Shown: positions 38,119 through 47,315 of the stretch, piece by piece
Layout: each line of letters opens with the position of its first letter
How positions within the stretch are numbered: the first letter of the stretch is position 1
Assembly: GCA_965215195.1 (NCBI GenBank)
Contig: CBDCDC010000002.1
Span: 800,001-864,000, forward strand
Reading direction: 5' to 3'
Origin: Candidatus Latescibacterota bacterium
GTDB lineage: Bacteria; Latescibacterota; UBA2968; UBA8231
DNA length: 64,000 nucleotides
Notes under the pieces: model-generated
Told to the model about the DNA's origin: nothing
Database searches by the model: none
The model's input: the letters and a program-made list of their open reading frames with translations, nothing else
Made by a program: the position numbers and the translations under genes

Positions 38119-39262
38119 GGCAATCTCCTTCTGCCGCGGCCAATAGTTCCGCCAAGCCGCAGCACACCCTTTCCACGGCCTCGTCGCGCAAGCCCGGGAA
38201 CATCGGCAGGGTCACCACCTGCGCCAGCACGGCCTCGGCAACGGGAAAATCCCCGGGGCCATAGCCGAGTTCCCGCTGGTAAAACGGCGTCAGGTGGCAC
38301 GGCGGCCAGTACGCGCTGCCCGCTTCAATGCCCCAGCCATCGCGCAAGGCCGCCACCACTAGGTTGCGGTCCCGGCCTGCGGGCAAGCGCACCGGGAACT
38401 TGTAGTACGCGTGGACCCGGTCGGCAAATTCGGGCAACAGCACGTGGGCCAGCCCTAGACGCGACAGCACGCGCCGGTAGCGCACGGCCAGTCGATTGCG
38501 CTCGGCGATAAATCCGCTGAGGCGGGCCAACTGCCGCAGACCGAGCGCGGCGCTCAGCTCGGGCAGGCGATAGTTGCTGCCCAAGCGCACCAAGGCGCGT
38601 CCCTTGGCGGCCGTGCCGTGGGTGCGGAAACTGCGGGCAAACGCAGCGAGGGGCTCGTCGTCTGTACTTAACACGCCGCCCTCGCCCGTGGTCAGCGGCT
38701 TGGTCGGAAAAAAGGAAAAGCCCGCTGCATCCCCCAAACTTCCGGCCGGCCGGCTGTCGGCTCTAGCGCCGTGGGCGTGGGCTGCGTCTTCGAGCAGAAA
38801 CAGCCCGCGGGCGCGGCAATACGAGCGAATGTCCTCTATGTCGGGTGCGATGAGGCCGGCGATGTGGACTACCACCACCGCCACAGTTTTTGCGGTTATA
38901 CGCGCCTCGATCTGCGGCAGGCCGCTCGACAGGGTCTGTGGGTCAATGTCGCAGAGGACGGGCCGGCCACCGGCCAACAGCGCGGCATTGGCCGAGGCAA
39001 TAAATGTATTCGTCGGCACCACGACCTCCCCTCCTTCGACCCCCCAATGGCGCAAGGCCACCTCCAACGGCGCGGTCCCCGAGCTCATGCCCACGGCGTG
39101 TTCCGTGCCCACACACGCGGCGAACTCCTGCTCAAACCGCTCCAAGTAAGGCCCCATCGTCAGGCGTCCGCTGCGGAGGATCTGGGCAAAATCCTCGAGC
39201 AGCGCGGCCACGTCCTCTTCGGGGATACAGGGCCTTGCCTGGGGCACCAATGTTTTCACCAC
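38105..39262 (-). CDS. DegT/DnrJ/EryC1/StrS aminotransferase
   Basis: SSGT, EDAAHAHG, FSFFPTK--TTGEGG, GSNYR. Confidence 0.93.
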   Translation of the reverse strand: MVKTLVPQARPCIPEEDVAALLEDFAQILRSGRLTMGPYLERFEQEFAACVGTEHAVGMSSGTAPLEVALRHWGVEGGEVVVPTNTFIASANAALLAGGRPVLCDIDPQTLSSGLPQIEARITAKTVAVVVVHIAGLIAPDIEDIRSYCRARGLFLLEDAAHAHGARADSRPAGSLGDAAGFSFFPTKPLTTGEGGVLSTDDEPLAAFARSFRTHGTAAKGRALVRLGSNYRLPELSAALGLRQLARLSGFIAERNRLAVRYRRVLSRLGLAHVLLPEFADRVHAYYKFPVRLPAGRDRNLVVAALRDGWGIEAGSAYWPPCHLTPFYQRELGYGPGDFPVAEAVLAQVVTLPMFPGLRDEAVERVCCGLAELLAAAEGDCRAGT

Positions 39263-39383
39263 AAAAGCTCCTCAATGAATTGAACACTACGAATGATACA
39301 CAAAGGTCCGTTTTCAGCAAGAGAGAGGCCCGGCTACGCCTTCTTCCTTTGACAAACAGGGCCTCGCATTTAACTTTTGGACC

Positions 39384-40520
39384 ATGAACCCAACGACGAG
39401 AAATCCCACCCGCGCGGTCCAAATCGGCCGCACGACCATCGGCGGTGGCCACCCCATTGCCGTGCAAAGCATGGCCGCCACCCGCACCCAAGACATAGCG
39501 GCCACCATCCGCCAGCTCCGGCTCTTAGCCGCGGCCGGGGCGGATGTCATCCGCGTTGCCGTCGATAGCAAAAAAGACGTGGAGGCCCTCGCCCAAATCG
39601 CGCCGACCGTTGACGTGCCGCTGTCCGTGGATCTGCAAGAAAACTACCGCTTGGTGCACAGCGTGGCCCCGCACGTAGAGAAAATACGCTACAACCCCGG
39701 GCACCTTTACCACCACGAAAAGGGCAAGCCGGTCGCCGCCAAGGTCGCCTTTATTGCCGACGAGGCCGCTAAACGCGATTGCGCCCTGCGCGTGGGCGTC
39801 AACTGTGGCTCAGTCGATCCAGCCCAAGCCGAGCGCTTTCCGGCCCACGACTCCATCTCGCCCATGATCGCCTCGGCCCTAGAGCACTGTGCCCTGCTAG
39901 ACGACTTGGGCTTTACTCGCTACTGCGTCTCGCTCAAGGACTCCGATCCGGCCAAGGTCATTGCTGCCAACACCCGCTTTGCCCAAGAGCGGCCCGAGGT
40001 GCCGCTGCACCTCGGCGTCACCGAGGCTGGGATGCCTCCCGAAGGCGTACTCAAGACTCGCATTGCCTTTGAACAGCTCATCAGCGCCGGCCTTGGCGAC
40101 ACCATTCGCGTCTCCCTGACCTTGCCGTTTGACGACAAGGGCGAGGAGGTCACAGTCGGGCGGCAGATTCTCGACGACATTTACTCGGGCCGCTTCCGCT
40201 CGGTCCCCAAGTCGCTCCCGGCCGGGCTGAACATCATCTCCTGCCCCTCCTGCTCGCGGGTGGAAAACGAAGCCTTCATCGACCTAGCCCACCAAGTGCG
40301 CGCACTAACCGCGTACGCCCGCGATCACCAGCTCACCATCGCCGTCATGGGTTGCCGGGTCAATGGCCCGGGCGAGACCGACGACGCCGACTTAGGGCTG
40401 TGGTGCGCCCCCAACTTCGTCAACCTCAAGCGCGGCCCCCAGCTCGTCGGCCAATTTCCCTACGACGAGGTCCTCGGCGTGCTCAAAGAGCAAGTTGACG
40501 CGCTGATTGCCGCGGGCTAG
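39384..40520 (+). CDS. ispG: (E)-4-hydroxy-3-methylbut-2-enyl-diphosphate synthase
   Basis: [49 protein letters not shown]. Confidence 0.95.
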   Translation: MNPTTRNPTRAVQIGRTTIGGGHPIAVQSMAATRTQDIAATIRQLRLLAAAGADVIRVAVDSKKDVEALAQIAPTVDVPLSVDLQENYRLVHSVAPHVEKIRYNPGHLYHHEKGKPVAAKVAFIADEAAKRDCALRVGVNCGSVDPAQAERFPAHDSISPMIASALEHCALLDDLGFTRYCVSLKDSDPAKVIAANTRFAQERPEVPLHLGVTEAGMPPEGVLKTRIAFEQLISAGLGDTIRVSLTLPFDDKGEEVTVGRQILDDIYSGRFRSVPKSLPAGLNIISCPSCSRVENEAFIDLAHQVRALTAYARDHQLTIAVMGCRVNGPGETDDADLGLWCAPNFVNLKRGPQLVGQFPYDEVLGVLKEQVDALIAAG

Positions 40521-40591
40521 GCCCTCTTGCCGCGCCAGCAGCCTGCGGAAAAACCAACCTTTTGGCGGTAAGAGAAGGCCATGGGACCCCC

Positions 40592-41332
40592 ATGCAAAAT
40601 CCCATCAAAGAACAACTCGCCGCCGGTCGCCCCTCCATCGGCTCCTGGCTCAACCTAACCTCGCCGCTGGCGGCCGAAGTTATGGCCGCGGCCGGCTTCA
40701 AATGGCTAGTGGTCGATGCCGAGCACTCGGCCTTTGACCTCGGCCACATTGCCCACACTTTCCGCGCCATTGAGGCACGCGGTGCCCTGCCCTTGGCCCG
40801 CGCCTGGGACCACGCCCCCACCACGGCCGCCCGCCTGCTCGACGCCGGGGCCTGGGGCTTGGTCTTCCCGCACGTCAGCACCCCGGAGCAAGCCGAAAAA
40901 CTGGCCCAAGCCGTGCGCTATCCACCGCGCGGCACCCGGTCGGTGGGCACGGGCCGCTGCGTCACGTTGGCTCCGGACTACCGCCAGCGCTTTGACGACG
41001 CCGTCCTCTGCATCCCGCAAATCGAGGATCTGGAAGGCATTGAAAACGCCGAAGCCATTGCCAGCGTCGCAGGCGTCGACATCGGCTTCCTCGGGCCGGG
41101 CGACTTGGCCATGGCCATGGGCGTGGCTGCCGGCCACCCCGACCACGAGGCCGCCTTGCAGGCTTTTCGCGCTGGCTGCACCCAAGCCGGCAAACCCAGC
41201 GGCATCCCAGTCAAGGACTCCGCCGAAGTCAAACGGCGCGTCGCCGAGGGCTTCCAGTTCATTGACTTCAGCAACGACATGCGGTTTTTGGAAGCCACGG
41301 CGCAAGCTGCCTACCGAGAGGCGACAACCTAG
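40592..41332 (+). CDS. HpcH/HpaI aldolase
   Basis: VDAEHS, LDAGA, RYPPRG-RS, QIE, GPGDL. Confidence 0.92.
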   Translation: MQNPIKEQLAAGRPSIGSWLNLTSPLAAEVMAAAGFKWLVVDAEHSAFDLGHIAHTFRAIEARGALPLARAWDHAPTTAARLLDAGAWGLVFPHVSTPEQAEKLAQAVRYPPRGTRSVGTGRCVTLAPDYRQRFDDAVLCIPQIEDLEGIENAEAIASVAGVDIGFLGPGDLAMAMGVAAGHPDHEAALQAFRAGCTQAGKPSGIPVKDSAEVKRRVAEGFQFIDFSNDMRFLEATAQAAYREATT

Positions 41333-41360
41333 TTTAACATCCTGTTCCGCTGTAGAAACC

Positions 41361-42362
41361 ATGACAGAAAATGATGCACTCGTCCCCAACAAGATATACC
41401 ACGGCGACTCGCGGCAGCTTCTAAAGAGAATTGAGCGAGAATCCATTGCCCTGAGTGTATGGTCGCCTCCCTATTACGTCGGCAAAGAATACGAACGAGA
41501 TTTGTCTTTTGCCGATTGGCAAAAACTCTTGCGCGATGTGATCGAACTGCACTTCCCCATCATTAAGCGAGGTGGCTTTTTGGTGATAAACATCGCCGAT
41601 ATACTGTGCTTCAAGGACGAGAGTATGCCGAAAATCATGGCAGAAAACATTTCGCGCAGAAAGATCGCCTTGACAAAAGAGGACATTCTCGAGGTTAAAC
41701 AGCAGCATCCCGATTGGAACCGCTACCAACTCGCAGCACACTTTGGATGCAGCGAACAAACGATTGACCGTCGCCTCAACGGCAACAACATTCGCGGCGG
41801 AAAGTACCAACTCCAAACAAGGGTTTATCTAGTTGGCGGCTTGATAGAATCATCCGCAACAGACGCTGGCTTTTATTTGTACGATCGGCGCTTATGGATA
41901 AAAGACGCCGCTTGGGAAAACTCGCGTTGGCACACCATATCGTACCGCTCGGTAGATGAGTCCGAATACCTGTACATCTTTTGGAAACCGGGTATAACGA
42001 AAGTGGATAGATCGCGGCTTGCAAAAAAAGAATGGGTCGATTGGGGTTCGAGAGGAGTATGGGAAATCCCCTCCGTCCGCAGCAATTCAGATCACGATTC
42101 TAAGTTCCCCATCGAGCTGCCGCGGCGAGCCATCAAGCTATTTACCGATCTAGGCGACATCGTTCTCGATTGCTTTGTGGGCAGCGGCACGACGGCCTTG
42201 GCCGCTCTGAGCGAAGGAAGGCGATACATCGGCATCGACAAGGAAAAGCAGTCGGTAGCTATTGCAAACGCCGCGCTACAATCGTTTAGCACCTATCAAA
42301 AAGATCCTGAGCAGATGGAGTTCATGCTGCGGGATTTAGAGGCGTTCTATCAAACACAATGA
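41361..42362 (+). CDS. Orphan beta-class amino-DNA methyltransferase (probably m4C) with an HTH-like insertion
   Basis: SPPY (motif IV) precedes DCFVGSGTT (motif I); H-SKFP; AT-richer than neighbours. Confidence 0.9.
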   Translation: MTENDALVPNKIYHGDSRQLLKRIERESIALSVWSPPYYVGKEYERDLSFADWQKLLRDVIELHFPIIKRGGFLVINIADILCFKDESMPKIMAENISRRKIALTKEDILEVKQQHPDWNRYQLAAHFGCSEQTIDRRLNGNNIRGGKYQLQTRVYLVGGLIESSATDAGFYLYDRRLWIKDAAWENSRWHTISYRSVDESEYLYIFWKPGITKVDRSRLAKKEWVDWGSRGVWEIPSVRSNSDHDSKFPIELPRRAIKLFTDLGDIVLDCFVGSGTTALAALSEGRRYIGIDKEKQSVAIANAALQSFSTYQKDPEQMEFMLRDLEAFYQTQ

Positions 42363-43231
42363 ACATCCTCAACTTCGGCTCGCTCAACATCGACCTCGTG
42401 TACCAAGTCGAGCATATCGCCTGCCCGGGCGAGACCATCGCCAGCTCGGCGCACCAAGTCTTTGCCGGTGGCAAGGGCGCGAACCAATCAGCAGCCCTAG
42501 CCCGCGCTGGCGCGAGCGTCTTTCACGCCGGCCAAGTCGGGCCAGACGGGCCATGGCTGGTCGATAAATTGGCCGGACTAGGCGTGGACGTGCAGCACAT
42601 CCGCTTCAGCGACACCCCCACCGGCCACGCCATTATCCAAGTTGACCGCCACGGCCAAAACAGCATCGTCCTCTTTGCCGGGGCCAATGCCCAAATAGAT
42701 AGAGGGGCCATAGATGCGACCCTATCCCACTTTGGCGCGGGCGACATCGTACTGCTACAAAACGAAATAAACGACGTCCCGTATATCATGGCCGCAGCCG
42801 CCAAACGGGAGCTACGCATCTGCTTAAACCCCGCGCCCTGCGGCCCAAAGGTGCGCGATTACCCGCTCGATCTCGTCCATTGGCTCGTGGTCAACCAAAC
42901 CGAGGCCCAAAGCCTCGTCGACGAGGAGACCCCCGAGCAGGCACTTGCCGCAATCGCTGCTGCCTATCCACGCGCCGCAATCGTCCGCACCCTCGGCGCA
43001 GCCGGTGTCCACTACCACACCCACCGCGAGGCATTCCACCTCCCAGCACCGCAGGTCGAAGCGGTAGATACGACCGGGGCGGGAGACACTTTCATCGGCT
43101 ATTTTCTCGCGGGCTTAGCCGCCGACATGACGGCGCACGAGGCCATGGCCCGCGCAGTACAGGCCGCGGCCTTGTGCGTCACCCGCCCGGGGGCCATGGA
43201 TTCGATTCCAGCCGCAGCCGAGCTAGCTTGA
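42359..43231 (+). CDS. rbsK: Ribokinase (PfkB family)
   Basis: GSLNID, GGKGANQ, LLQNE, DTTGAGDTF. Confidence 0.88.
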   Translation: MNILNFGSLNIDLVYQVEHIACPGETIASSAHQVFAGGKGANQSAALARAGASVFHAGQVGPDGPWLVDKLAGLGVDVQHIRFSDTPTGHAIIQVDRHGQNSIVLFAGANAQIDRGAIDATLSHFGAGDIVLLQNEINDVPYIMAAAAKRELRICLNPAPCGPKVRDYPLDLVHWLVVNQTEAQSLVDEETPEQALAAIAAAYPRAAIVRTLGAAGVHYHTHREAFHLPAPQVEAVDTTGAGDTFIGYFLAGLAADMTAHEAMARAVQAAALCVTRPGAMDSIPAAAELA

Positions 43232-43280
43232 GCCGAATTTCTGGGAATTTCGCCAGTCACCTTAAATCAAGGAAATACCC

Positions 43281-44264
43281 ATGCCGAACATCATGCTCAC
43301 CGCCCAATTCGCCAACGCCGAATTCGCTTCCAGCCAGCGCGAACAGGGCCTCGAAAAGCTCCGCTCCCTCGGCACCCTCATCCCGGAGCCAGCCGTGCTC
43401 ACGGCCGAACACGCCCCCGGGCTAATCGCCTCTATTGCCAGTTCATCGGTCTATACGGACGAATTTTACGCAGCGGCCGAGGATTTGCGCATCGTCGCCC
43501 GCTGGGGCGTTGGCTTTGACAAGGTCAATGTCCCGGGGGCCACGCGCTATGGCGTGATCGTCACCGTGACGCCGGTCCACATGGACGCGGTCGCCGAATA
43601 CGCCATTGCCCAGTGGATGGCCACCCTCAAGCGGGTCTATACCCTCAATCACCTCTCCCACCGCGGCGACTTCTCCATCATCCGCACCTATGAGGCCCAA
43701 TACACCACCCTCGGCCTGTACGGCTGCGGTCGCATCGGCCAAGAGGTGGCCCAGCGCGCCGTGCCGCTTCTCGGGGCCGGCGGTCGCCTGCTCGTGTACG
43801 ACACCCGACCCGACATCGCCGCCATCGCCGCCCAATACGGGGCCGAAGTCGCCGACTCGCCCCAAGCGCTCTTTCGCGAGTGCGACACCATCTCGCTCCA
43901 CGTCTCGGGCGACGACACCATCGTCGGCTACGACCTGCTCAGCTTGATGCAGCCCCATGCCTCGCTGATCAATCCCTCGCGGGGCAATCTCGTCAATGAC
44001 GCGGACGTCCACCGCGCCATCGAGGAGGAAAAGCTCTACTACTACGTGGTTGACGATCCAGTCGACGACACCCGCGCCATTCACAAGGATCACCCGCGCA
44101 TCATCTGCACCAACCACAACGCCGGCATCACGGTCGAATCCACCATGCGCCTCGACGCCAAAAGCATTGAGCAAGTCGAAGCGGCCATTGCCGGCCGCCA
44201 GCCCGAATACATCCTCAACCGAGAGGTCCTCGACCATCCACGAGTCAAGGCATGGCTGCGATGA
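43281..44264 (+). CDS. D-isomer-specific 2-hydroxyacid dehydrogenase family protein
   Basis: RWGVGFD, VAEY, GCGRIG, INPSRG, HNAG. Confidence 0.88.
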   Translation: MPNIMLTAQFANAEFASSQREQGLEKLRSLGTLIPEPAVLTAEHAPGLIASIASSSVYTDEFYAAAEDLRIVARWGVGFDKVNVPGATRYGVIVTVTPVHMDAVAEYAIAQWMATLKRVYTLNHLSHRGDFSIIRTYEAQYTTLGLYGCGRIGQEVAQRAVPLLGAGGRLLVYDTRPDIAAIAAQYGAEVADSPQALFRECDTISLHVSGDDTIVGYDLLSLMQPHASLINPSRGNLVNDADVHRAIEEEKLYYYVVDDPVDDTRAIHKDHPRIICTNHNAGITVESTMRLDAKSIEQVEAAIAGRQPEYILNREVLDHPRVKAWLR

Positions 44265-45391
44265 AAATAACTCGCTTCGACGTTACGCCGCTCAACAACC
44301 GCGGCCTCTTGCTGCAAGTCGCAACCGACGCCGGCCTCACAGGTCTGGGCGCACCCATGAACTACGAACACGGCCGCACAGTGGCGCGGGCCATCCTCGA
44401 CATGGGCGATTACCTGATCGGCCGCGATCCCCTGCAGATCGAAGACCACTGGCAGACCCTCTACCGCTCCAGCTATTCCCGCCAGATGCCGATCCTGTTG
44501 GCGGCCCTCAGCGGCATAGAAATGGCCTGCCTAGACCTATTGGGCAAAACCGCCGGCCTACCCGTGTGGCAGCTATTGGGCGGAGCGGTGCGCGAGAGAA
44601 TTCGCGTCTATGGAGCGGCCGGGGGCACCACCCCGGAGCAAGCCGCCCAAGCCGCTCGCCAGCGCGTCGCAGAAGGCTTTACAGCGCTCAAAACCACCCC
44701 CTTCCCCGACCCGGTGCGCCCCATCGAAACCCCAGCGGGGATCGACCGGGTCTTGTCCCTGATTGCGGCCATGCGCGAAGCCGTCGGCCCCGCCATCGAC
44801 CTCGCCATTGACTTCCACCGCGCCACCAGCCCGGCGTTGGCCAAAGTGCTCCTGCGCGAACTCGAGCCCCTAAGGCCGCTCTTCGTGGAGGAGCCGACCC
44901 GTTCCACCGACAATGTCGGCCCGCTGCTGGAGCTGACGCGCTCGACCTCCATCCCCATCGCCACGGGCGAGCGCTGCGCCACTCGCTGGGGCTTCCGCCA
45001 ATTGTGCGAACGCAAGGCCGCGGCCATCATCCAACCCGATATCCGCCACTGCGGCGGCCTACTCGAAATGAAGAAAATTGCCGCCCTAGCCGAAGTTCAC
45101 GAGATCGCGATCGCGCCCCACAACGCGGCCGATCCCCTCGGCATCGTTGCCTCAATACACGCGATGGCCGGCACCCCCAACTTCCTCATCATGGAGTACA
45201 GTGGCGGTGGCGGCGCAGGGTTTTTCACCAACCCTTTGCAAATGCAGGATGGATTTGTGGAATTGCCGCGCGGGCCGGGGCTGGGCGTGGAGATCGACCC
45301 AGAGGGGTTAGAGGCGGCTACCCACCGCGGCCCTTGGCGGCAGCGAACGATGCGCCGCCACCCGGAGGACGGCGCATTCGCGGATTTTTAG
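44261..45391 (+). CDS. Enolase-superfamily acid-sugar dehydratase (galactonate dehydratase-like)
   Basis: GKTAGLPVWQLLGG, DFH, EEP, ATGER, QPD, APHN. Confidence 0.9.
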   Translation: MKITRFDVTPLNNRGLLLQVATDAGLTGLGAPMNYEHGRTVARAILDMGDYLIGRDPLQIEDHWQTLYRSSYSRQMPILLAALSGIEMACLDLLGKTAGLPVWQLLGGAVRERIRVYGAAGGTTPEQAAQAARQRVAEGFTALKTTPFPDPVRPIETPAGIDRVLSLIAAMREAVGPAIDLAIDFHRATSPALAKVLLRELEPLRPLFVEEPTRSTDNVGPLLELTRSTSIPIATGERCATRWGFRQLCERKAAAIIQPDIRHCGGLLEMKKIAALAEVHEIAIAPHNAADPLGIVASIHAMAGTPNFLIMEYSGGGGAGFFTNPLQMQDGFVELPRGPGLGVEIDPEGLEAATHRGPWRQRTMRRHPEDGAFADF

Positions 45392-45503
45392 ACTCACTGA
45401 CGTTACGCAGTCTTTGCCTTCGCCGGGCAGACTCTTACGCCCGCTTGACTACCGTTGTACAGCGTCACAATGTCGGATGTACTCTCACAGAATGGAGGAT
45501 GTC

Positions 45504-45707
45504 ATGACTATGCCAAGCGAGATAATTTTTGTAGTAGAAGGCGGCTACGACGCCAAGGCGTTGGGCTACGGCATCTTCACGCAGGGGCAGGATTGGGCCG
45601 CCCTGAAGTCCATGGTGAAAGACGCCGTACTCTGTCACTTCGACGCTGACGACGCGCCCAAAGTAATCCGGCTGCATCTGGTCAAGGACGAGGTTATCGC
45701 GGTATGA
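45504..45707 (+). CDS. HicB-like antitoxin, possibly with a short internal deletion
   Basis: EIIFVVE-GGYDAKALGYGIFTQG...KDAVLCHF...IRLH; ATGA-coupled to the hicA remnant. Confidence 0.7.
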   Translation: MTMPSEIIFVVEGGYDAKALGYGIFTQGQDWAALKSMVKDAVLCHFDADDAPKVIRLHLVKDEVIAV

Positions 45708-45896
45708 GACTGCCCCGCGACCTATCCGGCGATGACTTGGCCGGATTGCTCTATGGCTATCGGCTCATTCGGTAAAGGGGCAGTCATATGTCCAAGGTAC
45801 GGAGCATAGCGTGCCTATCCCGCGTCACCGCCAAGTGAATGTGGTGTCCGATGTCGCTGAATATCTCGGACTGACCCAATGTTGTTTGGCAATTAG
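45704..45896 (+). pseudogene. hicA: HicA toxin pseudogene
   Basis: MRLPRDLSGDDLA-LL-YGY--R-stop-RGSHM then 'VPIPRH'; in-frame TAA and deletions. Confidence 0.75.
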
Positions 45897-46104
45897 AGCA
45901 GGACTGCCGACGTGGTCACTAGGCTTTATGAGCTTACCACCTGCTGAATCCGTCGCCGGCTTCTTCTAGCTGTGCATCCTGCTGGCCTTGACCATGCAGG
46001 ACTACTACACGTGCGGCTGGGGCGAGGAAGCACCGGTAGAATTTTTGCAGGAGGCTTGGATCATGGATAATCCACTGGAGCTATGCGGTCGAGAAATGGA
46101 GAGG

Positions 46105-46312
46105 CTACAAACGCTCCCAAATTGTCCGACTGACACCGGCCTGCTCCAAAAAGCCCACGTCCAATGTCGCCACGATGTGGGTTGGGCAGGACAAGACGTG
46201 TCTTCTCTCGGACCATATACTGATGCTTTCCCCCAGAATAGGGGCCTTCAAATCCCAGTTTCCTCAAATAGCGAATAAGATCGCGGCGACCAATCGGCCC
46301 AAATTCGGGCAT
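46105..46312 (-). pseudogene. hicA: HicA toxin, frameshifted near the C-terminus
   Basis: LGFEGPYSGGKHQYM...PNPH-GDI; the expected tail 'LEQAGVSRTIWERL*' lies in another frame (TAG at 46105-46107). Confidence 0.7.
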
Positions 46313-46677
46313 TACACTAGCTCGGGCGCTCCATCCAAGCGCAACCCACCCACTTCTGGAAGCGGATGGTTCATTCTCAATCCGAGGATGACCCAGCCTT
46401 CAAGCACGGATTGCAATTCTTCGCGGCACTGTTCCAAGGTATCCGCATTTGCATACACGCCTTGAAATCCGACAATTTCTCCATAGAACGTTTGATTGTC
46501 GAGGCTCTCGTATGTCGCGTGTCTCATCGCCGCTTGGATATATGGGGCCATTCTGAGAAAATCTGCCACCTCTTGATGGCCACCCGCTTCGGCCAACATC
46601 AAGGCGGTCTCGTCGGAGTCATTTTTGGCATCGACATCGGCCCCTTTGCAAACTTTTGGGCATCTACCTCTTGCCAT
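46312..46677 (-). CDS. hicB: HicB antitoxin preceded in frame by one ankyrin-repeat fragment
   Basis: 'GADVDAKN---ETALMLA---GH-EVADFL' then 'YIQAAMRHATYE...YGEI--FQGVYANADTLEQC'. Confidence 0.7.
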   Translation of the reverse strand: MARGRCPKVCKGADVDAKNDSDETALMLAEAGGHQEVADFLRMAPYIQAAMRHATYESLDNQTFYGEIVGFQGVYANADTLEQCREELQSVLEGWVILGLRMNHPLPEVGGLRLDGAPELV

Positions 46678-46841
46678 ATTTCTTTACCTAATCCACGTAA
46701 TTCCAGAATACTCCGTTTTTTGGGATCCTGTTGGGCGATGAGGACCAAATTATGAACCGTCATTTCTAACAGGCGCAGACGCTCTGCCGTAGGCAACGGT
46801 TTGACATATTTCTCATAGACGTCTTCCAAGTGATCCGCCAT
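46599..46841 (-). pseudogene. Truncated antitoxin-like small protein
   Basis: GGAG RBS; 'SILELRGLGKEIWQ-VDAQ' as in small genes found upstream of PIN toxins (recalled); sequence switches abruptly to ankyrin DNA. Confidence 0.5.
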
Positions 46842-46927
46842 ACCATCTCCTTGCTCTACTATAAATGATCCTCGTAAAGTCCTTTGCGGCTAACCGCGTA
46901 ATCGGATAATAGGGGGCAACCGGGCCT

Positions 46928-47293
46928 TTACGCAATGTCGCGGATGAGCACCAAGATCGCCGCTTGCGGCACGACGATGAACTTCTCGTCGTCGAACTTG
47001 ATTTCCACTGCATCTTTGCGCAGGAAAATGGCGTGGTCGCCCTTTTTGGCCTGAAGACCGATGTAGCGCATCTGCTCGCCTCCCTCTTGGTCCCAAGGCA
47101 CGCCGTCGTCATCGGCGGTCGGCGGCAGGGGAACGCCCGGTCCCACCTCTTCGACGCGCCCGCTTTGTACATTCTCCTTTTCCAAGGCGGTCGGCGGTAA
47201 ATAAAGCCCCACAGCCGTGCGCTCTTCCATGTCGTCAACCCGGATGAGCACGCGGTCGCCGACTACGTACAGTTCCTTGTCGCCCCTAATCAT
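46928..47293 (-). CDS. Divergent GroES-family co-chaperonin
   Basis: VGDRVLI, GLYLP, VGPG, IVVPQAAIL; GGAGG RBS. Confidence 0.85.
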   Translation of the reverse strand: MIRGDKELYVVGDRVLIRVDDMEERTAVGLYLPPTALEKENVQSGRVEEVGPGVPLPPTADDDGVPWDQEGGEQMRYIGLQAKKGDHAIFLRKDAVEIKFDDEKFIVVPQAAILVLIRDIA

Positions 47294-47315
47294 CTGCTTC
47301 TGTCCTCCTCCTGCG

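Noticed and set aside
40716-41360. N-terminal extension of the methyltransferase (548-aa track ORF)
   Set aside because: It overlaps the aldolase in a shadow frame. The real start is most likely 41361.
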